DNA of 64,000 nucleotides from an uncultured Solirubrobacterales bacterium (GCA_963808605.1 CAWEGQ010000009.1:472697-536696); one strand, 5' to 3'; shown: positions 1 to 9,267, numbered from the stretch's first letter. The notes: generated by a model not told the origin, from the letters alone. Program-made: numbers and translations.

Positions 1-58
1 TCTCAGCACCCCGCGCGGAGCGGTAGGCAGCTGAGCGGCGACGAGCCGCTGCTCCCCG

Positions 59-1012
59 ATGCCCGCAGCTCTAGACCTGCGCAGCCTCGAGGCCCCGATC
101 GTTCAGGCGGGGATGGGGGGCGTCGCGCGGCACGAGCTCGCTGCGGCCGTGTCCGACGTCGGCGGTCTCGGCACGATCGCCGGCGCACGCGCTCCGATCG
201 CAAGCGAGATTGCGGCTGTCCGCAGGCTCACCGGCAAGCCGATCGCGGTCAACCTCCTGCTGCCCTTCCTCCGACCCGGCGACGCCGAAGCCGCGGCGAC
301 TGCAGACGCGATCGTGACCTTCTGGGGCACGCCACGCAGGCTGGCTGCGAATACATGGATGCATCAGTGCGGTTCGGTCGAGGAGGCGAAGGCCGCCGCC
401 GCGGCCGGCGCCGACGCGGTGATTGCGCAGGGCCTCGAAGCCGGCGGCCATGTGCGGGGATCGATGCCGATGCTCGAACTGCTCGAGCGCGTCCGTGCCG
501 CGGTGCAGATCCCGGTCCTCGCGGCAGGAGGAATCGTCGACGCCGAAGGCGCGCGGGCGGCGCTGGACGCTGGCGCGATCGCGGTGGTTGCCGGGACGCT
601 GTTCTTGCTCAGCGACGAGAGCCGCGCACATCCCGACTACAAGCAACGCTGCCTCGACTCCAGCGAAACGATCCTGACCGAACTATTCGGGCTCGGATGG
701 CCCGACGCGCCGCATCGCGTGATCCCTAACGCCGCGACACGCCGTTGGCTGCGAGAGGACCCCCGCGGGCCTCGTTGGATCCGCGCCGCGAACCGCATCA
801 GCGCCCCCTTCGCGAGCCGGGCCCCTAACGCGATGCAACACCGCGCGATCACAACCCAGCGCCCGTCCCAGCCATTCCTCGGACCGCAGCCGCCCACCGA
901 TGACGGACCTGCCAACCTCCTGGACTCCGGCCCGCTCTACGCCGGCATGAACGTGGGGCGCGTCACAAACATCCGCCCAGCGGAGGAGCTCGTCAAGGCC
1001 CTCACACCATAA
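59..1012 (+). CDS. Nitronate monooxygenase family FMN oxidoreductase (2-nitropropane dioxygenase-like)
   Basis: 317 aa ORF with QAGMGGVA and AQGLEAGGH motifs typical of the NMO family; high GC3 coding frame. Confidence 0.8.
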   Translation: MPAALDLRSLEAPIVQAGMGGVARHELAAAVSDVGGLGTIAGARAPIASEIAAVRRLTGKPIAVNLLLPFLRPGDAEAAATADAIVTFWGTPRRLAANTWMHQCGSVEEAKAAAAAGADAVIAQGLEAGGHVRGSMPMLELLERVRAAVQIPVLAAGGIVDAEGARAALDAGAIAVVAGTLFLLSDESRAHPDYKQRCLDSSETILTELFGLGWPDAPHRVIPNAATRRWLREDPRGPRWIRAANRISAPFASRAPNAMQHRAITTQRPSQPFLGPQPPTDDGPANLLDSGPLYAGMNVGRVTNIRPAEELVKALTP

Positions 1013-1188
1013 GCGCGCACGATGCGCCTGCGCGCGCTCCACCTCATCACGGCGGCGCGGATCAGCCGTGCTTTCGTGTCGGCGCTCGTGCCAAGAATCA
1101 GCGCGCTCGGTGGCTGAGCGGGTTTGTGAGCGATCGCGCGGCAAGGACGCCTAAGAGTTCGGGCGCCGCCTAGCATACGTTGCTGCCA

Positions 1189-3945
1189 ATGAATGATCCT
1201 GCTCCGAGGCCGGGACGGGGCACAGAACTGGTCGGACGGGCCAGCGAATGTGCCCTGCTTGAGGGTTTGATCGGCGATATCTGCCGAAGCGAGAGTCGGT
1301 CGTTGGTTCTGGCGGGTGAGGCCGGCATCGGGAAGACAGCGCTGTTGGAGTATTTGACCGCGGTGGCGTCAAACCTGACTGTGCTGCGGGCAGCCGGCGT
1401 GGAGTCGGAAATGGAGTTGGCCTACGCCGGTCTGCACCAGCTGTGCGGGCCGCTGCTCGATCGGATTGCAACTCTCCCGGGCCCACAGCGCCAGGCGTTG
1501 GAGATCGTGTTCGGCCGGAGCGCCGGCGCTCCGCCGGATCGGTTCCTCGTTGGGCTCGCACTACTCAGCCTGCTCTCCGCGGCTGCCGACGAGCGAGCGT
1601 TGCTCTGCGTCATCGACGACGCGCAGTGGCTTGATGAAGCATCGATTCTGACCCTCGCTTTTGTGGCACGCCGCCTACTGGCTGAGCCGGTCGGGATCGT
1701 GTTCGCTGCACGCGATCCGCGGGAGGAGCTTATGCAGTTTCCCGAACTCGAGGTGCACGGTTTACAGGATGGCGATGCCCGGACGCTTCTGTCCTCGGCC
1801 GTACCATTCACCCTCAGCGAGCAAGCACGCGACCGGATCGTCGCGGAGACACGCGGAAACCCACTTGCTCTGATCGAATTGCCGCGCGGGTTGACAGCGA
1901 CGGAGATGGCCGCTGGGTTCGAGCTGCTCGGCGGGCAGGGTGTCACCAGTCGGATCGAGCAGAGCTTCGTGCGCCGAGTGAACGCGCTACCGGGCGATGC
2001 GAGGCGCCTGCTGCTGCTTGCATCGGCCGAGACGGTTGGTGATCCGCTCCTGCTGTGGCGCTCGGCCGACCGGCTCGGCATCGCTCGAGCAGCGGCGAGC
2101 GCGCTGGAGGCGGACGGGCTGTTGGCGATCCGCGAGCGCGTGACTTTTCGCCATCCGCTCGTCCGCTCCACCGTGTACCGATCGGCGGCGGTCATGGAGC
2201 GACGGGTCGCGCATCTGGCGCTCGCTGATGCCATTGATCGGGAGGCCGACCCTGACCGCCGGGCGTGGCATCTGGCCGCAGCCGCGACCGGAAATGACGA
2301 GCAAGTCGCGCTGGAGCTTGAGAGCTCGGCTGGCCGGGCGCAGGCGCGCGGCGGAGCCGCGGCCGCGGCAGCGTTCCTGCGGCGTGCGGTGGAGCTAACG
2401 CAGGATCTCGCGCGGCGCGCGGATCGCGCGCTGGCGGCGGCACAGGCGAGCCTGGACGCGGGCGCGTTTGAAGCCGTTCGCGAGCTCCTCACTGCAGCCG
2501 AGTCCGAACCTCTTGACGAGTTCCAGCGCGCGCGAGTTGAACTGCTCCGTGGCCATGTCGCCTTCGCGTCGGGTCTCGCCAGCGACGCTCCGCGGTTACT
2601 GCTGAAGGCTGCGAGTCGGCTTGAGCCGCTCGATCTCGGGCTCGCCCGCCAGACCTATTTGGACGCATGGGTGGCTGCGATGTTCGCAGGGTCTTTCGCG
2701 GGCGAAGGTCTCATGCAGGAGATCTCTCGGGCCGCTCTGTCGACGCTCCCGCCTACGGGGCAAAGACGTGCGTCGGATGTATTGCTGGACGGCTTGGCGG
2801 TCTCCGTCACCGAGGGACGAGCTGCGGCCGTTCCTCCGTTAAGCCAGGCAGCGCGTGCCTTCGCCGAGGAGGAGATCGGGAGCGAGGACGGGCTGCGGTG
2901 GGGTTGGATGGCCCAACGCGCGGCATTTATGCTTTGGGATGAAGAGCGCTGGCACTCGATGACTGTCCGGCAGCTGGAGTCGGTCCGTGAGGCGGGATTG
3001 ATGCTCCACCTTCCGCTCTATCTGAACGGACTGGGAGGAATCTTGACTTGGCGCGGCGACTTCGCGACTGCCAGCGCGTTGATCGCGGAGGCGGACGCGA
3101 TTGCGAACGCGACTGGGAGGCGCATCGTCCCGTACGCAGCCGTGCTTCTCGCTGCCCTTCGCGGCTCAGAGGCCGACGCTGCTCCTCTAATCAAGACGGT
3201 CATCAGGGCCGCGCAAGCGGCAGAACAAGGCGTCGGTCTCCAATGGTGCCAATTTGTGTGTGGAGTCCTCTACAACGGTCTGGGCGAGTATGAAAAGGCA
3301 TTGCGTGAGGCCGAGCGCGCCGCAGCGCAAGCGCCCGAGCTCTACGTTTCGATGTGGGCGCTTCCTGAGCTGATCGAGGCGGCCACCAGGACGGGAAAGC
3401 TCAGCGTTGCATCGAACGCGCTGGAGCGGCTGGTCGAGGCGACCAGCGTGAGCGACACCGACTGGGCATTGGGAATCCAGGCGCGCTCGCGCGCCCTGGC
3501 AACCGAAGGCGACGAGGCCGAGCACTTGTATCAGGAGGCGATCGAACGGCTGGGTCGGACTCGACTGGTGCCGGAGCTAGCACGTGCTCACCTGCTCTAC
3601 GGGGAGTGGCTGCGCCGCCAGCAGCGCCGGGTGGACGCACGACGCGCGCTCCGTAGCGCCTACGACCGTTTCGCAACAGTCGGGATGGAGGCATTCGCCG
3701 AACGCACGCGCAATGAGCTGCTTGCGACGGGCGAAGTGGTTCGCAAACGGACCCCAGACACGCGGGACGATCTGACCGCCCAGGAGCGGCAGATCGCGCG
3801 TATGGCCCAGGAGGGGCTCTCCAACCCAGAGATCGGCGTGCGCCTCTTCCTGAGCCCGCGCACCGTCGAGTACCACCTGCGCAAGGTGTTTCGCAAGCTC
3901 GACGTCACCACACGCAAGGAGCTTCGCGGCGCGTTCGCGGAGTAG
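1189..3945 (+). CDS. LAL-type (MalT-like) transcriptional regulator: N-terminal AAA/STAND ATPase plus C-terminal LuxR HTH
   Basis: Walker A GEAGIGKTALL, Walker B LLCVIDDAQWLD, long helical-repeat middle region, C-terminal LuxR HTH (GLSNPEIGVRLFLSPRTVEYHLRKVFRKL). Start is ATG 1189 or TTG 1180. Confidence 0.85.
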   Translation: MNDPAPRPGRGTELVGRASECALLEGLIGDICRSESRSLVLAGEAGIGKTALLEYLTAVASNLTVLRAAGVESEMELAYAGLHQLCGPLLDRIATLPGPQRQALEIVFGRSAGAPPDRFLVGLALLSLLSAAADERALLCVIDDAQWLDEASILTLAFVARRLLAEPVGIVFAARDPREELMQFPELEVHGLQDGDARTLLSSAVPFTLSEQARDRIVAETRGNPLALIELPRGLTATEMAAGFELLGGQGVTSRIEQSFVRRVNALPGDARRLLLLASAETVGDPLLLWRSADRLGIARAAASALEADGLLAIRERVTFRHPLVRSTVYRSAAVMERRVAHLALADAIDREADPDRRAWHLAAAATGNDEQVALELESSAGRAQARGGAAAAAAFLRRAVELTQDLARRADRALAAAQASLDAGAFEAVRELLTAAESEPLDEFQRARVELLRGHVAFASGLASDAPRLLLKAASRLEPLDLGLARQTYLDAWVAAMFAGSFAGEGLMQEISRAALSTLPPTGQRRASDVLLDGLAVSVTEGRAAAVPPLSQAARAFAEEEIGSEDGLRWGWMAQRAAFMLWDEERWHSMTVRQLESVREAGLMLHLPLYLNGLGGILTWRGDFATASALIAEADAIANATGRRIVPYAAVLLAALRGSEADAAPLIKTVIRAAQAAEQGVGLQWCQFVCGVLYNGLGEYEKALREAERAAAQAPELYVSMWALPELIEAATRTGKLSVASNALERLVEATSVSDTDWALGIQARSRALATEGDEAEHLYQEAIERLGRTRLVPELARAHLLYGEWLRRQQRRVDARRALRSAYDRFATVGMEAFAERTRNELLATGEVVRKRTPDTRDDLTAQERQIARMAQEGLSNPEIGVRLFLSPRTVEYHLRKVFRKLDVTTRKELRGAFAE

Positions 3946-4006
3946 TCGCACCGAGTCTGGCTCCTGGTCCCGACTGGGGACGTGACTAGGGAGAGACCCG
4001 GAAGCG

Positions 4007-4327
4007 ATGGCTGCTGTGTTCGGTCAGCCTCATCGCATGACTACTGCCCACGAGGTCCATCGTCATCACGCCGCGGAGATGGGCGCGGATGTCGCCGAGG
4101 TTGCGATCGGTGGCCTGCGTGCTGTCGAGGTCGCTGTGACCGTGTTCACGGGGTTGCTTGTGTGCCCATTGCTGCTGACCCTGGCCGTAACGGTGGCCGT
4201 CCCGACGATCGCGATCGCGGCCGTGATCGGGATCGTCGGGAGTGTGTTCGTGGCGCTGGGGGAGCTGGCGCCGACAACTGGGCGAACTTGGAACGGTCAA
4301 TCCCAACATGAAGGAGTCTCACCATGA
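4007..4327 (+). CDS. Hypothetical small membrane protein (two predicted TM helices)
   Basis: 106 aa ORF with a hydrophobic stretch (VFTGLLVCPLLLTLAVTVAVPTIAIAAVIGIVGSVFVAL). Its stop overlaps the next gene start (ATGA). No recognisable family. Confidence 0.4.
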   Translation: MAAVFGQPHRMTTAHEVHRHHAAEMGADVAEVAIGGLRAVEVAVTVFTGLLVCPLLLTLAVTVAVPTIAIAAVIGIVGSVFVALGELAPTTGRTWNGQSQHEGVSP

Positions 4328-5085
4328 GAATCGTGGTCATCGGTGGCACCGGGCGCATCGGCAGCAACGTCGTGCGCCGGCTGGTGGCGCACGGGCAAGA
4401 CCCGGTGCCGGCCTCGCCCGATACGGGCGTAAACACCATCACAGGCGAGGGCCTCGCCGAGGTAATGGCAGGTGCTGAGGTCGTCGTCGACGTCTCCAAC
4501 TCGCCGGTTTGGGACGACGACGCGGTGCTTGAATTCTTCACTACCTCGACGCGGAACCAGCTGGCGGCCGAGCGCTACGCCGGCGTCGGCCACCACGTCG
4601 CGGTTTCGATCGTCGGCTCCGACCGCCTGCCCGACAGCGGCTACCTGCGCGCCAAGGTCGCTCAAGAGGCCGAGATCGAGGCCGGCGGCATCCCGTACAC
4701 CATTCTGCGGTCCACGCAGTTCTTCGATTTCCTGCCTCAGATCGTCGAGACCGCGGCGGAGGGCGACACCATCCGGTTGTCTACCGGTCTGATGCAGCCA
4801 GTCGGCGCCGATGACGTCGCGGCGACCGTGGCCGAGCTGGCGACCGGCGCGCCGGTCCGCGGCCGCGTCGAACTGGGCGGGCCGGAGGCGCTGGGCATGG
4901 ACGCCTGGGCGCGGCGACTCTTCGCCGCGGCCGGCGACGAGCGAACGGTTATTGGGGACCCGCACGCGCGCTACTACGGCACGGAGTTGCACGACAGCGA
5001 GCTGACGACCGGCGACGGAGCGCGCATCGGGAAGGTCGACTTCGAGGCGTGGTTCGCCTCCTTCCGGCAAGGGGCTCGGCGATGA
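4324..5085 (+). CDS. NmrA-like / SDR-type NAD(P)H-binding protein
   Basis: N-terminal Rossmann motif MRIVVIGGTGRIGS; SGYLRAKV and STQF motifs shared with the paralog at 5324-6115. Confidence 0.8.
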   Translation: MRIVVIGGTGRIGSNVVRRLVAHGQDPVPASPDTGVNTITGEGLAEVMAGAEVVVDVSNSPVWDDDAVLEFFTTSTRNQLAAERYAGVGHHVAVSIVGSDRLPDSGYLRAKVAQEAEIEAGGIPYTILRSTQFFDFLPQIVETAAEGDTIRLSTGLMQPVGADDVAATVAELATGAPVRGRVELGGPEALGMDAWARRLFAAAGDERTVIGDPHARYYGTELHDSELTTGDGARIGKVDFEAWFASFRQGARR

Positions 5086-5300
5086 CCGAGATCAAAGTGA
5101 TCGTCACGGGCCCCGAGGAGGCCTATGACCTCGAGGCTGAGTTCTGGTGCGCGAACGAGCTGATGGGGTTCACCGTGCTCCACGAGGAACGGCTACACCT
5201 GCGCATCGACCCGCGCGCGGACGGCTCGCCGTGGCTGGCGGACGTCGCCAGCCTTGCCGGCGCGCTGGCCGAGGCCGACGCGCGCCTCGCTTCCTACTGA
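5082..5300 (+). CDS. Hypothetical small protein (72 aa) between the two NmrA-like paralogs
   Basis: ATGA overlap with the upstream stop; high GC3; no recognisable domain. Confidence 0.5.
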   Translation: MTEIKVIVTGPEEAYDLEAEFWCANELMGFTVLHEERLHLRIDPRADGSPWLADVASLAGALAEADARLASY

Positions 5301-5323
5301 CGCCACGAGCGAAAGGACACACC

Positions 5324-6115
5324 ATGAGGATCGTCGTAGTGGGCGGTAGCGGGCTGATCGGCGACAAGGTCATGACCGCGCTGCACAAGGCCGGGCACAA
5401 GCCCGTGGCGGCGTCCCCGGCGTTTGAGATTGACGCGTTCACAGGCGAAGGGCTCGACGAGGCCATGACCGGCGCTGACGTCGTCGTTGACGTCTCCAAC
5501 GCCCCGGTTTGGCGTGACGAGAAGGTGTTGGAGTTCTTCACGACCGTCACCCGCAATGCGCTGGCGGCCGGTCGACGGGCCGGGGCGCGTCACCATGTGG
5601 CGCTCTCGGTCCTCGGGTGCGACCGCTTGCCAGAGAGCGGCTACCTGCGCGCCAAGGTCGCGCAGGAGGAACTGATCCGTGCGGCAGGGCTCCCATTCAC
5701 GATTGTGCACTCGACGCAATTCATGGAGTTCCTAGCGCGCGTCGCGGAGGCGGGGACCGAGGGTGACGTGGTCCGCGTCCCCGATACCGACGTGCAGCCG
5801 ATCGCAGCGATCGAAGTCGCCAGGTTCGTCGCGGCGGTCGCGACGAGCCCCCCGGCCGAGGAGGTGGTCGAGATCGCCGGACCAGACGCCATCGCGTTCG
5901 AGGACGCGGTCGCCCGCGTCCTGGCCGCGACGAACGATCGCCGTCACGTCATCCATGATCCGGAGGCGCGGTACTTCGGGGCCGTCGTTGCCCACGGCGT
6001 GCTCCTGCCAGGACCAAACGCTCATATTGCGACCACGCGGCTCGCAGAATGGTTGTCGCCACGGGACGAGAACTCTGCGAATACTCCCTCACGCCTCGCC
6101 AATGTGAAGGTGTGA
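5324..6115 (+). CDS. NmrA-like / SDR-type NAD(P)H-binding protein (paralog of 4324-5085)
   Basis: MRIVVVGGSGLIGD Rossmann motif preceded by GAAAGGA SD-like sequence; roughly half of residues identical to 4324-5085 by eye. The N-terminal extension in the ORF track (5147) is Arg/Pro-rich and rejected. Confidence 0.8.
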   Translation: MRIVVVGGSGLIGDKVMTALHKAGHKPVAASPAFEIDAFTGEGLDEAMTGADVVVDVSNAPVWRDEKVLEFFTTVTRNALAAGRRAGARHHVALSVLGCDRLPESGYLRAKVAQEELIRAAGLPFTIVHSTQFMEFLARVAEAGTEGDVVRVPDTDVQPIAAIEVARFVAAVATSPPAEEVVEIAGPDAIAFEDAVARVLAATNDRRHVIHDPEARYFGAVVAHGVLLPGPNAHIATTRLAEWLSPRDENSANTPSRLANVKV

Positions 6116-6196
6116 CCGGCGGGCAGACAGTTCGAACTGCCCCGCCTCGCACAAAGCCACGCCAATGAACTCGAAAGTACGAAAGAAGGCTTCCGC

Positions 6197-6757
6197 ATGA
6201 ACATGATCGCCACCCCCACCACGGTCCCCACAGGCACCTGGGTCATCGACCAGGCTCACTCCCAGGTCGGCTTCGCCGTCAAGCACATGGGTATCGCAAC
6301 CGTGCGCGGCGAGTTCACCGACTTCGAGGGGGCCCTCGAGATCGGCGACGACTTGTCCTCCGCCACGGCCCACGGCACCGTCAAAGCCGCGTCTGTCGAC
6401 ACCCGGCAGCCGCAGCGCGACGCCGACCTGCGCTCCACCAACTTCCTCGATGCCGATCAGTACCCCGAGGTCCGGTTCGTGTCAACCGGCATCGAGGCAC
6501 TCGACGAGGACGAGCTTCGTATCACCGGCAAGCTCATGATCCACGGCGTCACCAACGAAGTCGTCCTGCATGCCGAGGTCCAGGGCACCGACATCGACCA
6601 ATCGGGGAACGAGCGCGTGGGTCTAGAGATCACCGGCGAGCTGTCCCGTGGCGACTATGGAATGAAGTTCAACCAGGCCCCGGGGAGCGGAAACCTGGTC
6701 GTCTCCGACAAGGTCAAGGTCACTCTCGACATCTCTGCCGTCAAGCAATCCTTTTAA
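6197..6757 (+). CDS. YceI family (polyisoprenoid-binding) protein
   Basis: WVIDQAHSQVGFAVKHMGIATVRGEFTDFEG is a typical YceI N-terminal signature. Confidence 0.85.
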   Translation: MNMIATPTTVPTGTWVIDQAHSQVGFAVKHMGIATVRGEFTDFEGALEIGDDLSSATAHGTVKAASVDTRQPQRDADLRSTNFLDADQYPEVRFVSTGIEALDEDELRITGKLMIHGVTNEVVLHAEVQGTDIDQSGNERVGLEITGELSRGDYGMKFNQAPGSGNLVVSDKVKVTLDISAVKQSF

Positions 6758-6903
6758 CGCACGGCGTTCTGCGGAGCTTCAAGCCGACCGGCGTTTTGAC
6801 CGAGGCGCAGGCCGAACGATTGTCCTGTCCACCTTCATGTCCACCGCTCGCTCTGACGGCAGCGAATGCCCGTAGGTAAAGGGGATCGTCGGTACAGACA
6901 GCT

Positions 6904-6948
6904 GGAATCATAATCCGCGTGTCGGGGTTCGAGTCCCTCCTCCGGCAT
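6904..6948 (+). repeat. tRNA-Met(CAT)-like 3-prime half fragment, direct repeat copy 1 (att-like)
   Basis: GGAATCATAATCCGCGTGTCGGGGTTCGAGTCCCTCCTCCGGCAT contains an anticodon-loop-like AUCAUAA, a T-loop TTCGAGT and an acceptor 3-prime strand. There is no matching 5-prime acceptor strand or D-arm upstream. Near-identical to 11151-11197. Confidence 0.7.
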
Positions 6949-6994
6949 CAAGCTCCGAGCTTTTCCTGGGCCGTCTCCGCCGATTACCCACGAC

Positions 6995-7024
6995 TTGACA
7001 TGCAGCCAGTTAGCTGCGTATTAT
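6995..7024 (+). promoter_or_regulatory. Putative sigma70-type promoter of the ArsR-SRPBCC operon
   Basis: TTGACA (6995-7000), 18-nt spacer, TATTAT (7019-7024), 10 nt before ATG 7035 (leaderless or very short leader). The spacer contains inverted repeat GCAGC-N6-GCTGC. Confidence 0.45.
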
Positions 7025-7034
7025 TGGGAGCCAG

Positions 7035-7883
7035 ATGGCTGCCTATTCGCACCTGGATGAGGTCTTTAAGGCGCTGGCCGACCCAAGTCGCCGGCTGCTG
7101 CTCGACAGCCTCAACGCGCGCAACGGCCAAACGCTGCGGGAGCTGTGCTCGCGGCTTGACATGGCTCGCCAGTCGGTGAGCAAGCACCTCGCGGTGCTCG
7201 AGGCGGCCAACCTGGTGACCACCGTTCGCCGCGGCCGGGAGAAGCACCACTACCTGAACGCAGCGCCCATCAACGACATCGCCGAGCGCTGGATCATGCG
7301 GTACGAGCAGGACCGCGTCAACGCGCTCGCCGACCTAAAAAGAGCACTGGAGGACGCCCCCGTGGACCCCGAGAAGCCTTCATTCGTCTACGCGACGTAC
7401 ATCCGGACAACGCCGGAGAAGCTGTGGCAGGCGCTGACCGAGCCGGCGTTCACCGAGCGCTATTGGTCGATCGCATTCGAGACCGACTGGAAGCCGGGCT
7501 CGCCGATGACCTGGAAGACGCGCGGCCTGGCGATCGCCGACCCCGAGCAGGTGGTGCTCGAATCAGAGCCCTTCCGTCGCCTGTCCTACACGTGGCAGAC
7601 GCATTCGCCGGAGTGGGCGCAGGCGCTCAACTTCACTGAGGAGGCCGGCGACCGGCTCGCCTCTGAGCCTCGCTCGAAGGTCACCTTCGAGATCGAGCCG
7701 CTCGGCGATCAGGTGAAGCTGACTGTGATCCACGACGATCTGGTGCCCGGCGGGCTCACCGGCTCAATGATCAGCAACGGTTGGCCGCGGGTCCTGGCCA
7801 ACCTCAAGACGCTGCTCGAGACCGGTGAGACCCTCCCGGACGTCCGGCTGAACACCCCGGCCAGGCTCGGGCTGACGCGATGA
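7035..7883 (+). CDS. ArsR/SmtB-family HTH regulator fused to an SRPBCC (Aha1-like) domain
   Basis: N-terminus ALADPSRRLLLDSLNARNGQTLRELCSRLDMARQSVSKHLAVLEAANLV is a winged HTH of ArsR type; the C-terminal ~160 aa resemble Aha1/SRPBCC. Confidence 0.85.
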   Translation: MAAYSHLDEVFKALADPSRRLLLDSLNARNGQTLRELCSRLDMARQSVSKHLAVLEAANLVTTVRRGREKHHYLNAAPINDIAERWIMRYEQDRVNALADLKRALEDAPVDPEKPSFVYATYIRTTPEKLWQALTEPAFTERYWSIAFETDWKPGSPMTWKTRGLAIADPEQVVLESEPFRRLSYTWQTHSPEWAQALNFTEEAGDRLASEPRSKVTFEIEPLGDQVKLTVIHDDLVPGGLTGSMISNGWPRVLANLKTLLETGETLPDVRLNTPARLGLTR

Positions 7884-8434
7884 ACGGCATGTCGATGCCG
7901 GGAATGCCGATGTCCGGGATGCACGGCACGCCGATGAGCGGCATGACGATGGCCCTCCCGCTGTTCGTGGTGATGATGGCCGCGATGATGCTGCCCAGCG
8001 CGGTCCCCGCGATCGTGCGGCGGGCGGGGGACGGCCGGGGTGTGCTCGCGGCGCCGTTGTTCGCCGGCTCCTATCTCGGCGTCTGGGCGCTCGCCGGTCT
8101 GGCGATCTGGCTGCTCTATCGGCCACCCGGCGCTGCCGCGTCCGGGGCGCTGCTCATCGGCGCGGGCGTCTACGAGCTCACGCCGCTGAAGCGCGAGTGT
8201 CGCCGGCGTTGCCGTGAGCGCGTCCGCTCGGGCGCCCGGTTCGGCGCTTTCTGCTTCGGCTCGAGCATCGGGCTGATGCTCGTGCTCGTCGCCGTGAACG
8301 TGATGAGCGTCGTGCTGATGGTCGCGATCGCCGCCGTCGTGCTTGCGCAGAAGCTGTTTCCGCCACGTCGCACCCTTGACCTGTCCCTGGCGCTGGGAAT
8401 CGTCGCCCTCGGCATCGCCACCGCCGCAGCCTGA
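7880..8434 (+). CDS. DUF2182-like integral membrane protein with Met-rich N-terminus
   Basis: ATGA overlap with the upstream gene; MNGMSMPGMPMSGMHGTPMSGMTM followed by MMAAMMLPSAVP and several TM helices. Confidence 0.7.
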   Translation: MNGMSMPGMPMSGMHGTPMSGMTMALPLFVVMMAAMMLPSAVPAIVRRAGDGRGVLAAPLFAGSYLGVWALAGLAIWLLYRPPGAAASGALLIGAGVYELTPLKRECRRRCRERVRSGARFGAFCFGSSIGLMLVLVAVNVMSVVLMVAIAAVVLAQKLFPPRRTLDLSLALGIVALGIATAAA

Positions 8435-8456
8435 ACCACCACAAGAGGAGACCCGC

Positions 8457-9212
8457 ATGAGCACCGCTACCCACCCGACCGGCACGCGCGAGCAGTGGCT
8501 CGCCGCCCGACTCGACCTGCTCGAAGCCGAGAAGGAGCTGACCCGCCGCGGCGACGAGATCACCCGCCAGCGGCAGCAGCTGCCCTGGGTGCCCGTCGAG
8601 AAGGCGTACCGCTTCGACACCGACGAGGGCGACGCGTCGCTCGCCGATCTGTTCGGTGGCCGTTCGCAGCTGCTCGTCTACCACTTCATGCTCGGCCCGG
8701 GCTACGAGTCGGGCTGCCCGTCGTGTTCGGCGATCGCCGACGGCTTCAACGGCTTCGCCGTCCACCTCGAGAACCACGACGTCGGTCTGGTCGCGGTCTC
8801 GCGCGCTCCCATCGAACAGATCCAGGCTTACAAGCGGCGCATGGGCTGGACGTTCCGCTGGGCCTCCGCGCACGACACCGATTTCAACTACGACTTCAAC
8901 ACATCATTCACCGAAGAGCAGCAGCGCTCGGGCAACACTGAGTACAACTACGCCGCGAGGGACATGCGTGGCGCGCTCGAGGCGACGCAGCCGAGCCCGC
9001 ACGCCGCGATGGCCGGCACCGACAACGCCACCTTCATGCGCGAGGCCCCCGGCATAAGCGCCTTCGCACGCGAGAACGGCGTCGTCTACCACACCTACTC
9101 TGCGTACGCGCGCGGTCTTGACTCGCTGTGGGGTATGTACCAGTGGCTGGATCGCGCGCCGCGGGGACGCAACGACAACGGGGCCTGGTTCCGGCACCAC
9201 GATCGGTACTGA
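8457..9212 (+). CDS. DUF899 thioredoxin-like family protein
   Basis: SD AAGAGGAG 7 nt upstream; REQWLAARLDLLEAEKELTRRGDEITRQRQQLPWV and the CPSCS motif are typical of DUF899. Confidence 0.85.
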   Translation: MSTATHPTGTREQWLAARLDLLEAEKELTRRGDEITRQRQQLPWVPVEKAYRFDTDEGDASLADLFGGRSQLLVYHFMLGPGYESGCPSCSAIADGFNGFAVHLENHDVGLVAVSRAPIEQIQAYKRRMGWTFRWASAHDTDFNYDFNTSFTEEQQRSGNTEYNYAARDMRGALEATQPSPHAAMAGTDNATFMREAPGISAFARENGVVYHTYSAYARGLDSLWGMYQWLDRAPRGRNDNGAWFRHHDRY

Positions 9213-9237
9213 TCGGCAGCGCATCCTCCGGGCGGGG

Positions 9238-9267
9238 GCGGAGGCGTTTCCGCGGAAACGCCTCCGC
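9238..9267 (+). terminator. Perfect 30-nt palindrome / hairpin downstream of the DUF899 gene
   Basis: GCGGAGGCGTTTCCGCGGAAACGCCTCCGC. No U-tract follows, so it is terminator-like only. Confidence 0.45.

Noticed and set aside
1422-2492. Long antisense or overlapping ORFs throughout the six-frame track (for example 1422-2492 minus, 4297-5070 minus, 7709-8620 minus, 33334-34809 minus, 43801-45513 minus)
   Set aside because: They are Arg/Pro/Ala/Gly-rich with no recognisable motifs, and they lie opposite ORFs with clear family signatures. Long spurious ORFs of this kind are expected in ~70% GC DNA because stop codons are rare.
6876-6948. Intact tRNA-Met gene at either tRNA-like repeat (also 11122-11197)
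   Set aside because: The acceptor 3-prime strand CTCCGGC has no complementary GCCGGAG upstream. No D-arm (GG-containing loop with a 4-bp stem) can be drawn. In copy 1 the 5-prime anticodon stem strand is also mismatched (CTGGA).
6919-7179. ORFs translating through the tRNA-like repeats (6919-7179 plus and 10559-11401 plus, both containing GFESLLRH)
   Set aside because: The shared peptide is simply the translation of the repeated tRNA-like DNA. The remaining sequence is low-complexity and overlaps better-supported genes.
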